Positions 13,701-26,314 are shown, counted from the first letter of the stretch. The stretch is DNA of 64,000 nucleotides from Epithemia pelagica (GCA_946965045.2 OX337237.1:1984001-2048000); one strand, 5' to 3'. Numbers and translations are program-made. The notes: generated from the sequence alone by a model not told the origin.

Positions 13701-13903
13701 CATCAACCCCAGCTCGTGCATCTGTGATTGGGACGACGGCAACACCAATGCGGCAACACCAATGCTCAAATTTCCGAGGCCGGCCATGACGCCAACCGCA
13801 ACCCTAGCGTCGCCTATGACACCGCTTTCATGCGTTTTGGAGGTACATCTACAACCTGCCACAGTCAAGACGGTAGCCACCTCCACCCCATCCATCAAAC
13901 TTA

Positions 13904-14143
13904 TGAATAAAAACTGACGGCCAGACGCAATATACGGCTTGCAACAATCAAACTATCAGAAATTATGATAACTAAACTAGGGGTGCCCTTTGGGGGCAAA
14001 TCGCTCACGTAGGGGCCAAACAGCGACCACGGTACCCACTAGCGAACACGTAACTAGGGGCCGGGCGATGCCAGGCGATGCGTAGCGAGGCATGGCGAGG
14101 CCCTTCGTAGGTTACAAAGGGGGCGCCCGTGATTATTTATTCA
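13904..14143 (-). repeat. Copia-2 3' LTR
   Basis: Matches 21019-21258 apart from 3 substitutions and 2 single-base indels in G runs. Confidence 0.95.
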
Positions 14144-14264
14144 GTCCCCGCGAACAAAATCGGGGTGGGCAACTTCGTTTAGTTCGTCATGTCAGCAGAG
14201 GCCGGTCCAGTACGTCGGACTATTCGTCAAAAGGGGCGATCCTATTTTGGATCTAAAAGGGGTG

Positions 14265-17200
14265 CTACCACATGATACGTTGGGCCAGGAATCGCAATCG
14301 AGGTCCGGGTAGCAGTTTGGTTAGGATATCGGCAAGATTCGTTTCACCTTCTTCCCATGCAATGCGCACAAGTCCAGCAGCTTGCGCTTCACGAGTCCGA
14401 TGATAAGCAATTGCGTTGTGCTTCTTCTTTAGGACTGATTCCGGCTGCGTCGAGTTCTTAAACACAGATTCATTGTCGCAAAACACATTCGTCTCTCCAT
14501 CCAACGGGATACCCATCATTCGCAACTTATAACGAAATGCTTCAATCATTTCAATGGTAGTTTTCATCGCCACAAACTCACTGCCAAATCTAGACGTCTC
14601 AACAGTGTTTTGTCGTTTTGAATACCACATGATCGGTGCTCGTTGCAAGAACAGTAGGACTCCTGTTTGAGAGCGCCGTGCGACACGACATCCAGCATGA
14701 TCAGCATCGACAAAGCAAGAGTCGTGGTGACAGCGTTTCCACGCGGTGCTGGTGCATTTGGCGGAATCGGCTCGGCAGCATGAGGATAATACTCAGACTA
14801 ATCCGGTCGGGTAAAACGTGACTCGTCGAAGTCAGGGGTTGTGTCGTCGAAAACAATGGCGGATTTATCGTACTTCTTCAGATACGCGAAGATGTGCAAC
14901 GTTTGCTCGAGATATCCTTCTCGTGGATTCGCCATAAAACGGGACATATGGGAGACTGCGGTTGTAATGTCGATACGACCGAGTTCAACAATCCAACGGA
15001 GAATACCGATCAGTCCTTGGTAATAGCTCGCACGTCTTGCGTCAAGTTCAGGAGTCGCATCCAATTCCGGGCGATATCCATCGGCGATCGGCGGCGTCAC
15101 TTTTGACTTCAGCTTTTCTCCGGATTTCTCCAGTTCCGTTTCGACTTCGGCAAGAGCACGCTTACAATACTTGTCAGCGGACATGGCCCAACGATCACGG
15201 TTCGACGGATCTTGCGTGTCGGGTATGGCATAACGCCGAATTTCGGATCCCAAGTATTCGTCTGGCGGTTTGATACTGTCGGGCTTGATCGTATAGCGCC
15301 TCTGCAGGTCCTGCATCACGGTTTTGGGATCATGACTAACAATCAGTAGATCATCAATATAGACCAAAACATACTCGTAATACTGGAACCCATCAGATGG
15401 TCGAGTGTTCGCTCGAAGCCATACATCCGGATCAGCTTGACACATCTTAAATCCCATATCGCGGAGCGTTGCGGTGATGTGATCACGCCACCTTGCGGCA
15501 GAACTTTTGAGACCATATAATGCGCGCACTATCAGTGCAGGTTGTCCAACCTTATCTGGTCCAAATTCGAGTCCCGCGGTGGTATAGGTCTTCTCTTTAG
15601 TCGGTGCGTTGAGCTATGCGTTTTGCACGTCCCCGACGAGAACATCTGGACCATTTAGTGCAGCGATAGTAAAAGCAATGCGTACGCTATCGCGTGATAC
15701 CACACTAGAATAGGTTGATTCTTTGGGTGGATCAGTTTTGTGGCCTCCGGCCACTAACCGTGCTTTTCGTCGCAGGTCTGATTTGATATCAAAAACCATA
15801 TGACAGGGAATATGCTTGTATCCAGGAGGCACTTCGCCATCAGCTGGAAATTCGAAAGCAATGCCAACGTTCTTCATTTCTTTCTCAAAAGCCTTGCGCC
15901 AGAAGTCAGTCCCCGTTCGACGGTCAATCGCCAGGGCTTCTTCCACAGAGTGGGGCAGCTCAATGCCATACTTGTGCGTTCGCTTCCAATGACGTGACTT
16001 TACCTTTTTGATAATGCGGTCTCGTTTGCGAAGTGCACGTGGCACCCACCATGCGAAAGCAGGCTCTTTTGCGATGTCAGCGGATACTGCGTATTCGGCG
16101 GCTTCAATCATATTTCCATTCTTGACGTCTTTGAGCGGCAGCCAAACAGTCGATTGATCGGACAGTTCACATTGCAATTCCCAGCCTTTCGTTGTGTGGC
16201 GTGATGTGCCGTCAAGGAACGATGCGTCTGTTCGCTTAACTGCGGTCTCATCACTGCGGTGACCCACAATGGCTTTCAATGTGTTGAACGCATTGCCCTC
16301 CGGGTCAACTTGCGAATACAGATTCTCTGCGATCATATTGGTTGCATACGACTCGACCGATCCATCCGGAAACTGTACGTCGTAGTACCGGGTATCAAGG
16401 ATTGGGTTTGCGTCGCGCTCACCAATAGGTCGCCCATGAGCATCTTTCGTGCGTCCAATGATTTTCGCTCGAGCGCTTTCACCTCCTCGCGGCAGCATGA
16501 CTTCAGCGGTGAGATATTCGTCTAGTTCCTCCGGCGTGTACGCGTCGGATTCCAGGGCTTCGGCCTCTGGGAACAAGGGCTCTAGAAGTTCACCTTCGTC
16601 AAAGAGGTCTGGGGGTGGATCGCTCCCAGTTGTGCCATCAGATGGTGGCTCTTTCATTTGCGTTTGAATAGCGGCATCATAGTCCAACAACTGCTGATGA
16701 ATCGTCGGATTCTTCAGGTCGTCTTCCGGAATGGCCCACACATCTTTCCGTGTGACATGATTGCCCTCTTGCGTTAGGATTTCATAGGCCATATCATCGG
16801 TGCAATCATCGGCTAAGCCCAACCATCGGCCAATCAGTCTCTTTTCGAAGGGAAACTGTGCCATGGGCATGCGATAATACACCGGCTGATAGAATTGGAA
16901 CATGGCTAATGGAGAGATGTCTGGCGTTGAGCCAATTACATGCTCGAACGGTGTACGTCCATCTAATTCAGGGATATCGGATGCCGTGAGTTGCCGTACG
17001 TGTGAGCACCATTTAAGAGCATAGCTCCATAAACGTCGTGGTGCGCCGGTCGTCCTCATAATTTTGACAACTCCCTTCTTTAGTTCACAAATGCTCGCTT
17101 CGGCGGCGTTCTGCCATGGACTATAAGGAACCGTTTTCTCCATCTTTATGCGGTACTCGTTGCATATTTCACGGGACTTCCCTAGGAATAATTCTCGGGC

Positions 17201-18443
17201 ACCATCAGATACCATTGTTTGGGGAATCCCTACATTGTGAATCAAAGACATCAATCCTTCAGGATGTTGCTTTTTCGACTTCCAGGGATAAACGTGGTCG
17301 AATCCTTTGCTGTCGGTAAAGATCGAGGCGCCCGTGTCCCCGTTCAGTGATACTTCCTTGGCAAACATCTCGTCCGAGAACCAACGACCTTTCACATTAG
17401 GGAATTTGAGCCACGGTGCCTTTTTACGGACCTTACGCTCAGATGGGATTAATACGTTTCGTACTCCAGCCTGCGTCGTCACTTTAAGCGTATTCTTTGC
17501 TTTGGGTAAACCAATGCCCCAACGTTGTGACAGTACGGCTGCATCAAGCACTCCCTTTCCAGCAGGATCGGCTGGGGAAGAATCTCTAGCAGTCTTGATC
17601 ATGTACAGTGACCGTCGCTATCAAGCGTTCGTACAGGTCGTCGCCATGTGCGTAGGCGTCCAGATCTGGTGATGGTTTGGCAAAAGTATGCTGGTACGTT
17701 CGCACTGCTTTGATGAGTCGTGGAATGGAGGATGCGGCAATCGAATTCGGATCGCCGTTGCGAACGACAGTAGCGGCAGCTACACCCAGTTTCTCCTCCG
17801 CGTCCGCAAAGGCGGCAGAACGAGGTTGCCATGGGCTATCGGCAGTTAGCACAACTTGTGGCAAGTGTTCCAGCTCGTCAGAAGTGGGTTTGCAAGTGGC
17901 GAAACCACTTATCACACCAGCCATGGTGAGCGGGATGGTGAGATCGGCATCCGGTACGTGGATACTATGCGTGCTGTGCGGGTCAAACTGTTTAGGTACG
18001 TCGTTGACAACGATGCCATGGGCACGCATCTGGTTCGGACAGAGTAACGAACTGCCCATACGGTCCCCTAAAAACAATGCTTGGTGGATGACAAGCAAGT
18101 AAGACTGGTTTTCGCTGTCAGTCCAGACAGTAGCAACAGTCGCAATAGGGGCATTGGTCAGCGGATTATATTCCTCCGCGAACGGATGCACACTGATACA
18201 GCGGTGGGCTTTGGAGAGCATTACGAAGTCTCTTCCCACGGCACAGGTGTCCGCATGTGAGTCCAACTCACAGGTGAGCTCAATGGTCTCAACACCATAT
18301 TCGTCGGTGTTCATAGCACATAGACGATGTGCGAAACGGTTAGAATAACGATAATGTGTGCCTACATGTGCATTCAATTGAACAATAAGATTCGTGTTAT
18401 CAATTTTTACTGCTTCGGCAGCGGATACACAGGGCACACTCCA
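14265..18443 (-). pseudogene. pol: Copia-2 pol (protease, integrase, chromo-like domain, RT, RNase H), disrupted
   Basis: ELDSHADT protease; WGIG..TTQ and SDGARE..PYSPWQNAAE integrase; ARLVAGGH, DVQNA*LNA, LYGLKSS, YIDD RT; WYSKRQNTVETS..NLADILTK RNase H. Frameshift near 17600, stops at 15614-15616 and 14798-14800, frameshift near 14730. Confidence 0.92.
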
Positions 18444-20522
18444 TCAGGAGGAAGCAGACATGTCGGCAGACTTGTCAGAGACATTCGGGTCACGGACATC
18501 GAATTCAAGATCGGCGGAATAACGACCGCATACATTACGCCTTTTATTTGCGGCAGCCAATTGTCCATTGGCAAGCATAGTGTATTTTAAAGCTTCGTCG
18601 AACACTTCCGTGTGCTCGGCTAAGCGTTTGCACACATAGTACATTTGGCGCTCTTCACGTTCATGGCCTGACATTTTAGACCAGCGCCAAGACCAAATTA
18701 GACTATTGTGGACAATAGTGTCGATCTCTTCGCGGAAGCCTCCTTTCAGCACGCTTTGGTCATTCTTGGTAAGTGTGCGGACGTTGCGAGTCCCTTCAGC
18801 ATACTTGCCTTTGACCGGTAGCGGCAGCTTCACAAAGATGTCGCCCTTTTCCGGGACTGGCGGGATGGTCATATGACTCATATCAGGACGTCCGTCCTCT
18901 TCCCATTGCCACATCGGTGGATAGGTCTCGTATTCCCCCATGGGGCGAGTACGTACGGATTTGACGGACGCAGATCCGGGTTTGTTCGGTTGCGCTTTAG
19001 CCTTATGCGTGAAACGTCCAAAGCTGTTGCCAGCTGAGGACTTTGCCGGCTGCGCATCATCTTCGGATGATTTTGCAGGTGAGGCGGAAGCGCGGAACTT
19101 AGAGTGCTTGTCTGGCGACGGTACGTTGTCAACAGAGGAGTCAAGCAAGCTCTCGTCTACTTCCATAACGACCGATACGTTGGTCTTAGCCTCCGGCTTA
19201 GCGTCGTCTTCGTCAATATCTACTGAGATTGCGTCCTCAGCAGTACTCCCATGCGACGTTTTCGATCTCTTCGACGATGCGTTGGAAGAGTCGTCTGTGG
19301 TGACGGATCCAAGCTTCCGCTTGTCTTTGCGCTCTTTGCGAAGAGCCAGGACTTGTTTACGTTCGTCCTCCGTCAGGTCTGCCCATTCGTCGGCATCGTA
19401 GTGACCAGCATGAACGCGGTCCTTCTTCTTCTTGCTCTTTTTCTGGTTGCGCCCTTTTCCCTTTCCTTTGCTTGGGGTGGTACCAGCAGCGGCGATCTTG
19501 CGAGAGTCGTCCTGCGTTTCGGTCTTTGCGGCACTGTGCACAGTCAAAAAGTATTGCTGGCACGCTTCGAAGTTCTCCAACTTCTCCTGGTCACCGTTGA
19601 CGACGGTCTTGGCTTGGACGAGCGTCGGATCAGTGATCCCATTCATGAAATCGGTCACCTTTTTCGTTTCCGCGACCGTTTCACCAAGCTCTTCCAGGGT
19701 GTTGTGCGCATGTTGGTGACGGTGGATGTAGTCATGGAAGCGGTACTTCCCTCACCCTGTAAACTTAGTATTTGCGATCTGCGCATAAGCCTGTTTCTTC
19801 CGCAGGATGCTCGCGGCCTGTCCAGTGGCTTGCCGCTTGACAGTTAGGTAGGCCTCACGGCCGTCCTTCGATTTCGCATGCGTTTTGGCAAACGTCCATG
19901 CCGGGCCATCGTAGATAAGAGGGTAGTACAGCTCATACACTCTGCGTCGGTCGGCTTTGTACTGGTCCCCCTCATGACGAGTGGTCGCGACTAGGTTGTC
20001 GTCAATGCAGTCGTAATCGGCGGTTAGTGCGTCGTCTGGTACGTCGGACTCCTCACGCAATACGTAGGTGAGCGGCACTCCCGTTGTCGGATTGCGGTGC
20101 TGACCCAAGTACGTGCGCCACATTCCGTCGTGACGTTCCCAATCGGCAAGGTTCGTTAGCCTTTTGGGTGGTACTGGGTCATCCTGACCATCAGTGGTGG
20201 TGGCATTCGCGAGTTCCGTTACGCGTTTCATCCACTTGGTGATTACGTCACCAGTATAACCACCAGCATCAAGGTCCTGGCCACGGACAGAACGATATTC
20301 CAACCACATTCGGAAGCCAAGGAACTTCAAGGTGAACTGGTAGGGTAGAGTCACACCGTCGGGTAGGTTCTTGGCTAATGTCTTCAGCATGGGCTTGACT
20401 TCGTTGATGGGAAACTCCAAGAACTGATCCGTTGTTGTGAAGCCCTGTTGCGTTAGGTGCCCAATGGTGGCATTGGTTTAGCCACAGCGGCCCAGTGCAG
20501 TACGGAAGGCATTTGCGGCCAT
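18444..20522 (-). pseudogene. gag: Copia-2 gag with premature stops and a long C-terminal extension
   Basis: ATG at 20522 is in frame with ORFs 19752..20420 and 18444..19658. In-frame stops at 20478-20480 and 19752-19754. Motifs GVPLTYVLRE, GPAWTF, DGREAY. Confidence 0.85.
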
Positions 20523-21004
20523 GGTTCAAGGGTCGGATAAAGGGTAGGAGGGTAGTAGAAGGTCAAACGGATGGCAAGGGAAGGCTTGTTCTTGTGCAGA
20601 AATTTGCAATTGTGATGGGAGGGGCGAATTTCTGTGAGCCAACAATCTGCGAGTGAATCGGCGAGTAGTCGTCCGGCGATTCCGCAAGCGAGCGAGCTGG
20701 CGTTCGGCGAATCCGCGAGTCGGCGAAACAGGGATTCCGCGAGCAAGCAGGCACGTGTCAAAAGCCAGCAGGCTAATATAATTGAGTCGTACGGCGCGCG
20801 TGGATGGACGGTCCACGTGTACGAGCACGTGCATGGTACGTTGTGCAGTCGCAAGTCACAAATTAGCGATTGGATCCCACAGTGACAGAAACAAGTCACA
20901 GAGATGACACAAGCGAGCGAGTGACGAAGCCGCTTAGCGCGAACACCTCTCGAGCGTTGATCAGGCGCTTGCCGTCCAGCAAACAGTGGGGAAACAACAG
21001 ACAG

Positions 21005-21018
21005 TGGGTCTGATAAAC
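21005..21018 (-). promoter_or_regulatory. Copia-2 primer-binding site, complementary to a tRNA anticodon arm with GAU anticodon
   Basis: Directly abuts the 5' LTR. The + strand reads TGGGT-CTGATAA-AC (stem, 7-nt loop, 2 nt of the 3' stem). Confidence 0.6.
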
Positions 21019-21258
21019 TGAATAAAAACTGACAGCCAGATGCAATATACGGCTTGCAACAATCAAACTATCAGAAATTATGATAACTAAACTAGGGGTG
21101 CCCTTTGGGGGCAAATCGCTCACGTAGGGGCCAAACAGCGACCACGGTACCCACTAGCGAACACGTAACTAGGGGCCGGGCGATGCCAGGCGATGCGTAG
21201 CGAGGCATGGCGAGGCCCTTTGTAGGTTACAAAGGGGGCGCCCGTGATTATTTATTCA
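21019..21258 (-). repeat. Copia-2 5' LTR
   Basis: TG...CA termini with 8-bp inverted ends; copy of 13904-14143. Confidence 0.95.
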
Positions 21259-22349
21259 CTTATCCAGTTCTTCTTTAGAATAATTCAGATGTTTTGCTAT
21301 GATTTTTTCACAAACCTGGTTGTACAATAGTTCTTCTCCACAGCCATCCATCTTCATCGGACTTGCTATTTTAACCAAACAATAGGAGCAAGACAAACGG
21401 CCAAAGTTTGTGCAAATCAAGTGTTTGAACCCGCCACCGACTAAACTCAAAGTTGCTGACATCGGCGTTTCCACATGACTACGCGGCGTGTCTGGGTCCG
21501 CAGCACCACCGCCCCCTGCTCCTCTCCACAATTCTTCAATGCGATCCACGATCTGCTTCTCTCTCAGATTCAACACCGCAAGCTCGGCCACTAGCTGGTC
21601 CACTTCCTCCTCAGCTGAGCGCATCATCCTCACTCCTAGTCTTTGCCCTCACACCAATCCTGGTCGATATCTTCAAATGAAGACGGCGAAGACTGCAAGT
21701 TGTTCAATTCGGTGGCAGCCCTTTCTTGCTAAAGTCAGAGTGTGGAGCACTTGTCATTTGGAGGGAGTAGTTGTTGTGGGAGTGGTGCTCTGAGTTCTTG
21801 GCGCCAAAGATCATCCCCTCTGGAATGATTAGGAAATTGCTGAGTACTCTTGCAAGGTATCACCCATTCACCAAACATATTTGAAACTTGTTCCTGATGT
21901 GCTTCTGCTACCACTTTCATCCATTCCATCATTCCAGCTTCCAAGATGTCAGAACAATGATTGCACACTGAACCATTGTCCTGATGATTACACACTGAAT
22001 GGCTGAAAGGCCCAGCATTACAAGGTCAAAGAACAGAGACCATGCAAACCAACACTGATGGCCACAGCAAAGGTGACAGCACCAACTAAAGAAATGACAA
22101 AGTAAATGGTAGAATGAAAAAGCCATTCAAAGGGTCATGCATGATGCTCATAGGCAAATAACTTGCTCTGCTCAGTTTGGTTCAGAATATGCAAAGGGAC
22201 AACAGACACCCTTTGTGGTGATATACCAACCATAGACATGGTGCACAGTGGCAGTCTTCTGTTGCTGGTACTTTTTACCCAGAAGGTTGGTTCTTCTATG
22301 TTGGTTCGGGTTTAAACTTGAAGAAATTCTGGGCTAAAATTTACTCCAA

Positions 22350-22560
22350 CATTAGTAGGGATAGTCAGAATGCTGAGGCCATGATGATATGGTAATGTTA
22401 TTGATTGTATGCTTATTACTGGATTTGGTATGTGAGGTCTTCATCCTTGTTGTGAATCCTTTGAAACAGGTTCCTATTGGTATGGAATGGTTGGAGTCGA
22501 CGTATATGAGGTATATGACATCTATATGTTGCTGGATAACATATACAACTTAAACATGCA
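22350..22560 (-). pseudogene. Diverged second copy of the 3' part of the KDZ-like transposase gene
   Basis: Clear nucleotide similarity to ~25325-25535 (gtagggatagtc..tgatgatatggtaat..tattgattg; ggaatggttgg..gt..atgta.tga.gtatatgacat). Confidence 0.6.
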
Positions 22561-23331
22561 GCGCGTACTAAGCGACCCACGACTTGTCGTCTGGCATGCC
22601 TCTTCCAAGCCCTCCTCACCTCTGCTCTTGTCCCTGTTCAAAACATTGCCGGCATCCAAGACCACAAGAACGCCAACCCTCCCTCGCCCCAATAAGTCCA
22701 ATCCAGTGCTGGACCCATCCACTGCTTACCAAGTTCCATCCAAACTGCTCTCCTTTTCATCTTGGACACCTTCAAATATCCAAGGACCGAGGATGCACTC
22801 GAAACAAAAATGACCGCACTCTGGACTCACATTTTTGCACATGGGCTGCTCGCCACCAACTCACTCCCCGATTTCTCCACATCCTGTCACTCTACCTCTC
22901 TCACGATGCAGCTGCTTTATAGGTATTCTCAAGATAATTGACATATTCCATGTTCTCATCTACCTGTTCTAATGGAATTTTTCCCTCTTGCCCAGGTCTT
23001 CCCTAGGGATGTCGGTGGTAACCAGGATATTGGCTTTGTCGGCAAGAGACAAAGCAGTATTGTAATCCAACTCCTGGATCTGTTGTGTGACCAATGCACC
23101 ATTTGGGAAGCAGTGGACTGTTTTGGATTTTGCTCGTTGGTTGAAAGAAACTCGGGTTCCATTCGTATTCTTTGTATTGATCCACGGGAAACCAGCTCAC
23201 TTTGATTTTCTAAGAGATTCCCAACAGAAGAAAGGGGTACGGCACCAGAGTTGGCGTCCGGACATGAATCCGCACCATGTGTGCTCGACAATGTGTGCTC
23301 GACAAACACTGCTCCTAATGGTGATTCTTGA

Positions 23332-23800
23332 ACAGAGTTGAACTCGCATGCTGATTCACCATGCGTTGGGCCAAATACTTTAGTGGTTTCTTCACGCACT
23401 GGTAAGAGCGTCTACGTTAATGTGGCATTCGCCCGCAGGGCACTGATAATGACACCAGCGGTGCCCTACGACGCACTAGATGGAGATCACTCTGTGATTA
23501 ATATTTACCAGGCTATCTATTTTGAAGAGATCCAGCACAACCTTATTGAACCAATATGGTCAGAATGAATGACATCGATGTGAACGATCGGCCGAAAAGC
23601 CTGACTAATATTAATCCTACTGATGAGGACCACACTCTCGTCTTCAAGCGCAGAGGTGTAACGATACCCTTGATGATTAACGGCGTGATTTCCTATTTTC
23701 CCACACGAAAGACAACCTGGGATGAGTATAACAGTCCTCACTTGTATCTCACGGCAGATTCACCGGAATGGAACCCGCATTTGGACCAATTGCAACTCAT
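23332..23800 (+). pseudogene. pol: CoDi-like copia protease fragment
   Basis: ELNSHADSPCVG...IYQAIYF...MNDIDVNDRPKSL...IPLMINGVISYFPTRK...LTADSPEWNPH, homologous to the copia-2 protease region (17586..18437). Frameshifted. Confidence 0.75.
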
Positions 23801-24321
23801 GGAATCAGCCATTACTGATACAAATGGTAACTTGCACGGCACTACCTTTCAGCAACCACGCAGCGTCTATCTCTTGGCACAACTCTTGTTGCAACGTGTC
23901 TTTCATCTGTAGGACAATGTTCAGCAAAACAGTTGTACCAAGTGGGTCATCCAAGGCAACATTTATGCATCCATTCATGAAGGAGATTCAAGGATCTCTG
24001 GCAAGTGAATTGGAAACAATTCATGTACCAGTTTGACACATAAGAAGAGAACACCAGGGAAGCAGGACAAGAATGGAGTAGACAAATCATTGCAAAACTC
24101 ATCTCTTTGTAACCCAGTTTATATATGCTGGGGACACCCCAGTGTCATTTGTGAGTGACATTATGGCTGACAGGGACACTGGGTTGTTACTGTGGAACAT
24201 GCATGGGAATGCAGACACAACACCAGATGATATATGTCATTCTTTGCAGATGATACATTATTTCTTTGAGCCCATGCATGGAGCTTGTAAGGGGTTTCTG
24301 CAAACTTATGGTTTGTCCACA

Positions 24322-24494
24322 GAGGACATAAAGAACCTTGATCAAACCAAAAGGACATAAAGAACCTTGGTCAAACCAAGAGGACATAAAGAACCTTGGT
24401 CAAACCAAGAGGACATAAAGAACCTTGATCAAACCAAGAGGACATAAAGAACCTTGATCAAACCAAGAGGACATAAAGAACCTTGATCAAACCA
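24322..24494. repeat. 29-bp minisatellite, ~6 copies
   Basis: Unit aggacataaagaaccttg(a/g)tcaaaccaag, contiguous with no spacers. Confidence 0.92.
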
Positions 24495-24554
24495 CACTTC
24501 TCTGTATCCATGCAAAGTCCCAACTATGGTAGTTTCCCTTTTGCTGGCATAAAA

Positions 24555-24720
24555 ATGTATAGTCATTCTCTTGTTTGTCTTTCTGATTCCTTCCAGCAAC
24601 CTCCTGTTACAAAATACATCATATTCTCCCTAGGTACATGTATAGTCATTCTCTTGTTTGTCTTTCTGATTCCTTCCAGCAACCTCCTGTTACAAAATAC
24701 ATCATATTCTCCATAGGTAC
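24555..24720. repeat. 83-bp tandem duplication
   Basis: atgtatagtcattctcttgtttg...catattctcc at 24555 and 24638. Confidence 0.9.
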
Positions 24721-24839
24721 AATCATATTCTCCCTTGGTACAATCTTGTTAGCTTGGGAGAAAGAAAACATGCTGGCCACAGTGCATTCATTAGTACTCT
24801 CACCATTATTTCTGTTATTGTACTTTCCACCTTCACCAC

Positions 24840-24909
24840 TGGGTGGATTAGGACAGTCCCTGGCATAATGACCTGAACCGCCACAGTTATAGCATATTAT
24901 AGGGTTCAT
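24840..24909 (-). pseudogene. Isolated CCHC zinc-knuckle fragment (retroelement gag-like)
   Basis: ORF 24646..24909 begins with CYNCGGSGHYARDC (CX2CX4HX4C). Confidence 0.6.
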
Positions 24910-25299
24910 TTCTAATAGTTCACAGCATCTGGAATTTAAGAAACTTTTATTGAACCTTCTATGGCCAATACTCAGAAGAATAAATTATGGCTGTTTTGTA
25001 CTTGAAATAAAGGCAGCAGTCATGTAAGGCATCATTTTCAGAATCAGGAATCTAAGTAAAAATTATTTACTGGATTGGGAACACTGAAAGAACAAGAACT
25101 ATCTGACCCAACAATCAACCCAAGCTCCTTCCCATTGTGAGTTCAAAGAACTCTCACCCGACTTTGTAATGCAACTTGGTAAGTTTGATGGCGCCTGTTT
25201 GTTCTGACATTGCATGCATCTAGCATTTCAGATTGATCAATACACGCTACAGAAGAGCCACAATTGATTACCAACTGATACCTAGGTTCTCCACGGGTC

Positions 25300-25711
25300 A
25301 GAGAACAAAGGAAACCCAAGGGTTCTATTGTAGGGATAGTCGGGACACTAAAGATGTGATGATATGGTAATCATATTGATTGTGAGCTGACTACTATTTT
25401 TGGTGTGTGAGGTTTCCATTCTTGTTGTCGATCGTGTGAAATAGGTTCTTGGCGGTGATAGGACTGGAATGGTTGGGGTTGATGTATGTGAAGTATATGA
25501 CATGTATATGTGCTTGTATAACATATACAGCCTCAACGATTCTTGGCTAAAGGTAGTAAATGTAGTTTTGTTGGCGCGTCCTTGTTTGCAATCTTGAAAT
25601 AGTGGGAACGATGATATGGTCTCGTGTGATCGTGATTCGTGCCTTGGTCACTTAGACCATTGGGTCGGATAGATGTTCTTGTCGAATGGCATCTGCCATT
25701 TCGACACCAGT
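25300..25711 (-). pseudogene. KDZ/Zisupton-like transposase, 3' segment
   Basis: Removing copia-3 at TSD CCAGT joins 35625 to 25706 and reads KAITNNFFKVLVYGATGVEMADAIRQEH; further frameshifts follow. Confidence 0.7.
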
Positions 25712-26314
25712 TAATACCTAGAACACCTATATTGGCTATATTCTCCAATAGGTAGTTCTATAGTCATGAAGAGTCGCGGAAAGTACGCGGCAGATCAATC
25801 GCATATAGCCTAGATTCCTGTATGAATCTAGATTAGGCACGATTGAGTCACGAAGATCTATTCACTCCTAAATTATGTATACTCCACGATCGAACTAGTC
25901 CTATGTCTCATAGGCTATGTTATATTTATATTCTCCAAGATCCGCTGGACTTAACCGTATCGCTCTAATCGCGGATTGAGGCGTATCAACCGTGCGTAAA
26001 GAGTCGCAACGGATAGTCTACAGCAAACTATTACATCAAACTTACATATGCACCTCTAGGTGATATAGGCCTGTGCCGATGACCCTAGACGGCGATCTTT
26101 TCCGTCTAGAAGCCTTTTACACCTCGATCCAAGATCCAGGATCACCTCAATGGGAACCTGGGAACGAAAGGATCCAATCTAGATAATCACTTCATGTTAT
26201 CACAATATTTTATCATCAACTATTTGCAATACCCTATCTTATCGTAACTATACCATCGTCGTATCGTTTGTTGTTTTTACAACTTTCTTACCAACCCTTC
26301 CTTCCAGCTTGTCA
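25712..26314 (+). repeat. Copia-3 5' LTR (starts TA rather than TG)
   Basis: taatacctag...cttgtca, matching 35018-35620. Confidence 0.95.

Larger units (their letters stand above)
13904..21258 (-). mobile_element. Copia-2: full-length but mutated Ty1/copia (CoDi-like) LTR retrotransposon
   Basis: 240-bp LTRs 13904-14143 and 21019-21258 (TGAATAAA...TTTATTCA), flanked by CTTA/CTTA. Gag-PR-IN-RT-RH order on the minus strand. Confidence 0.95.
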
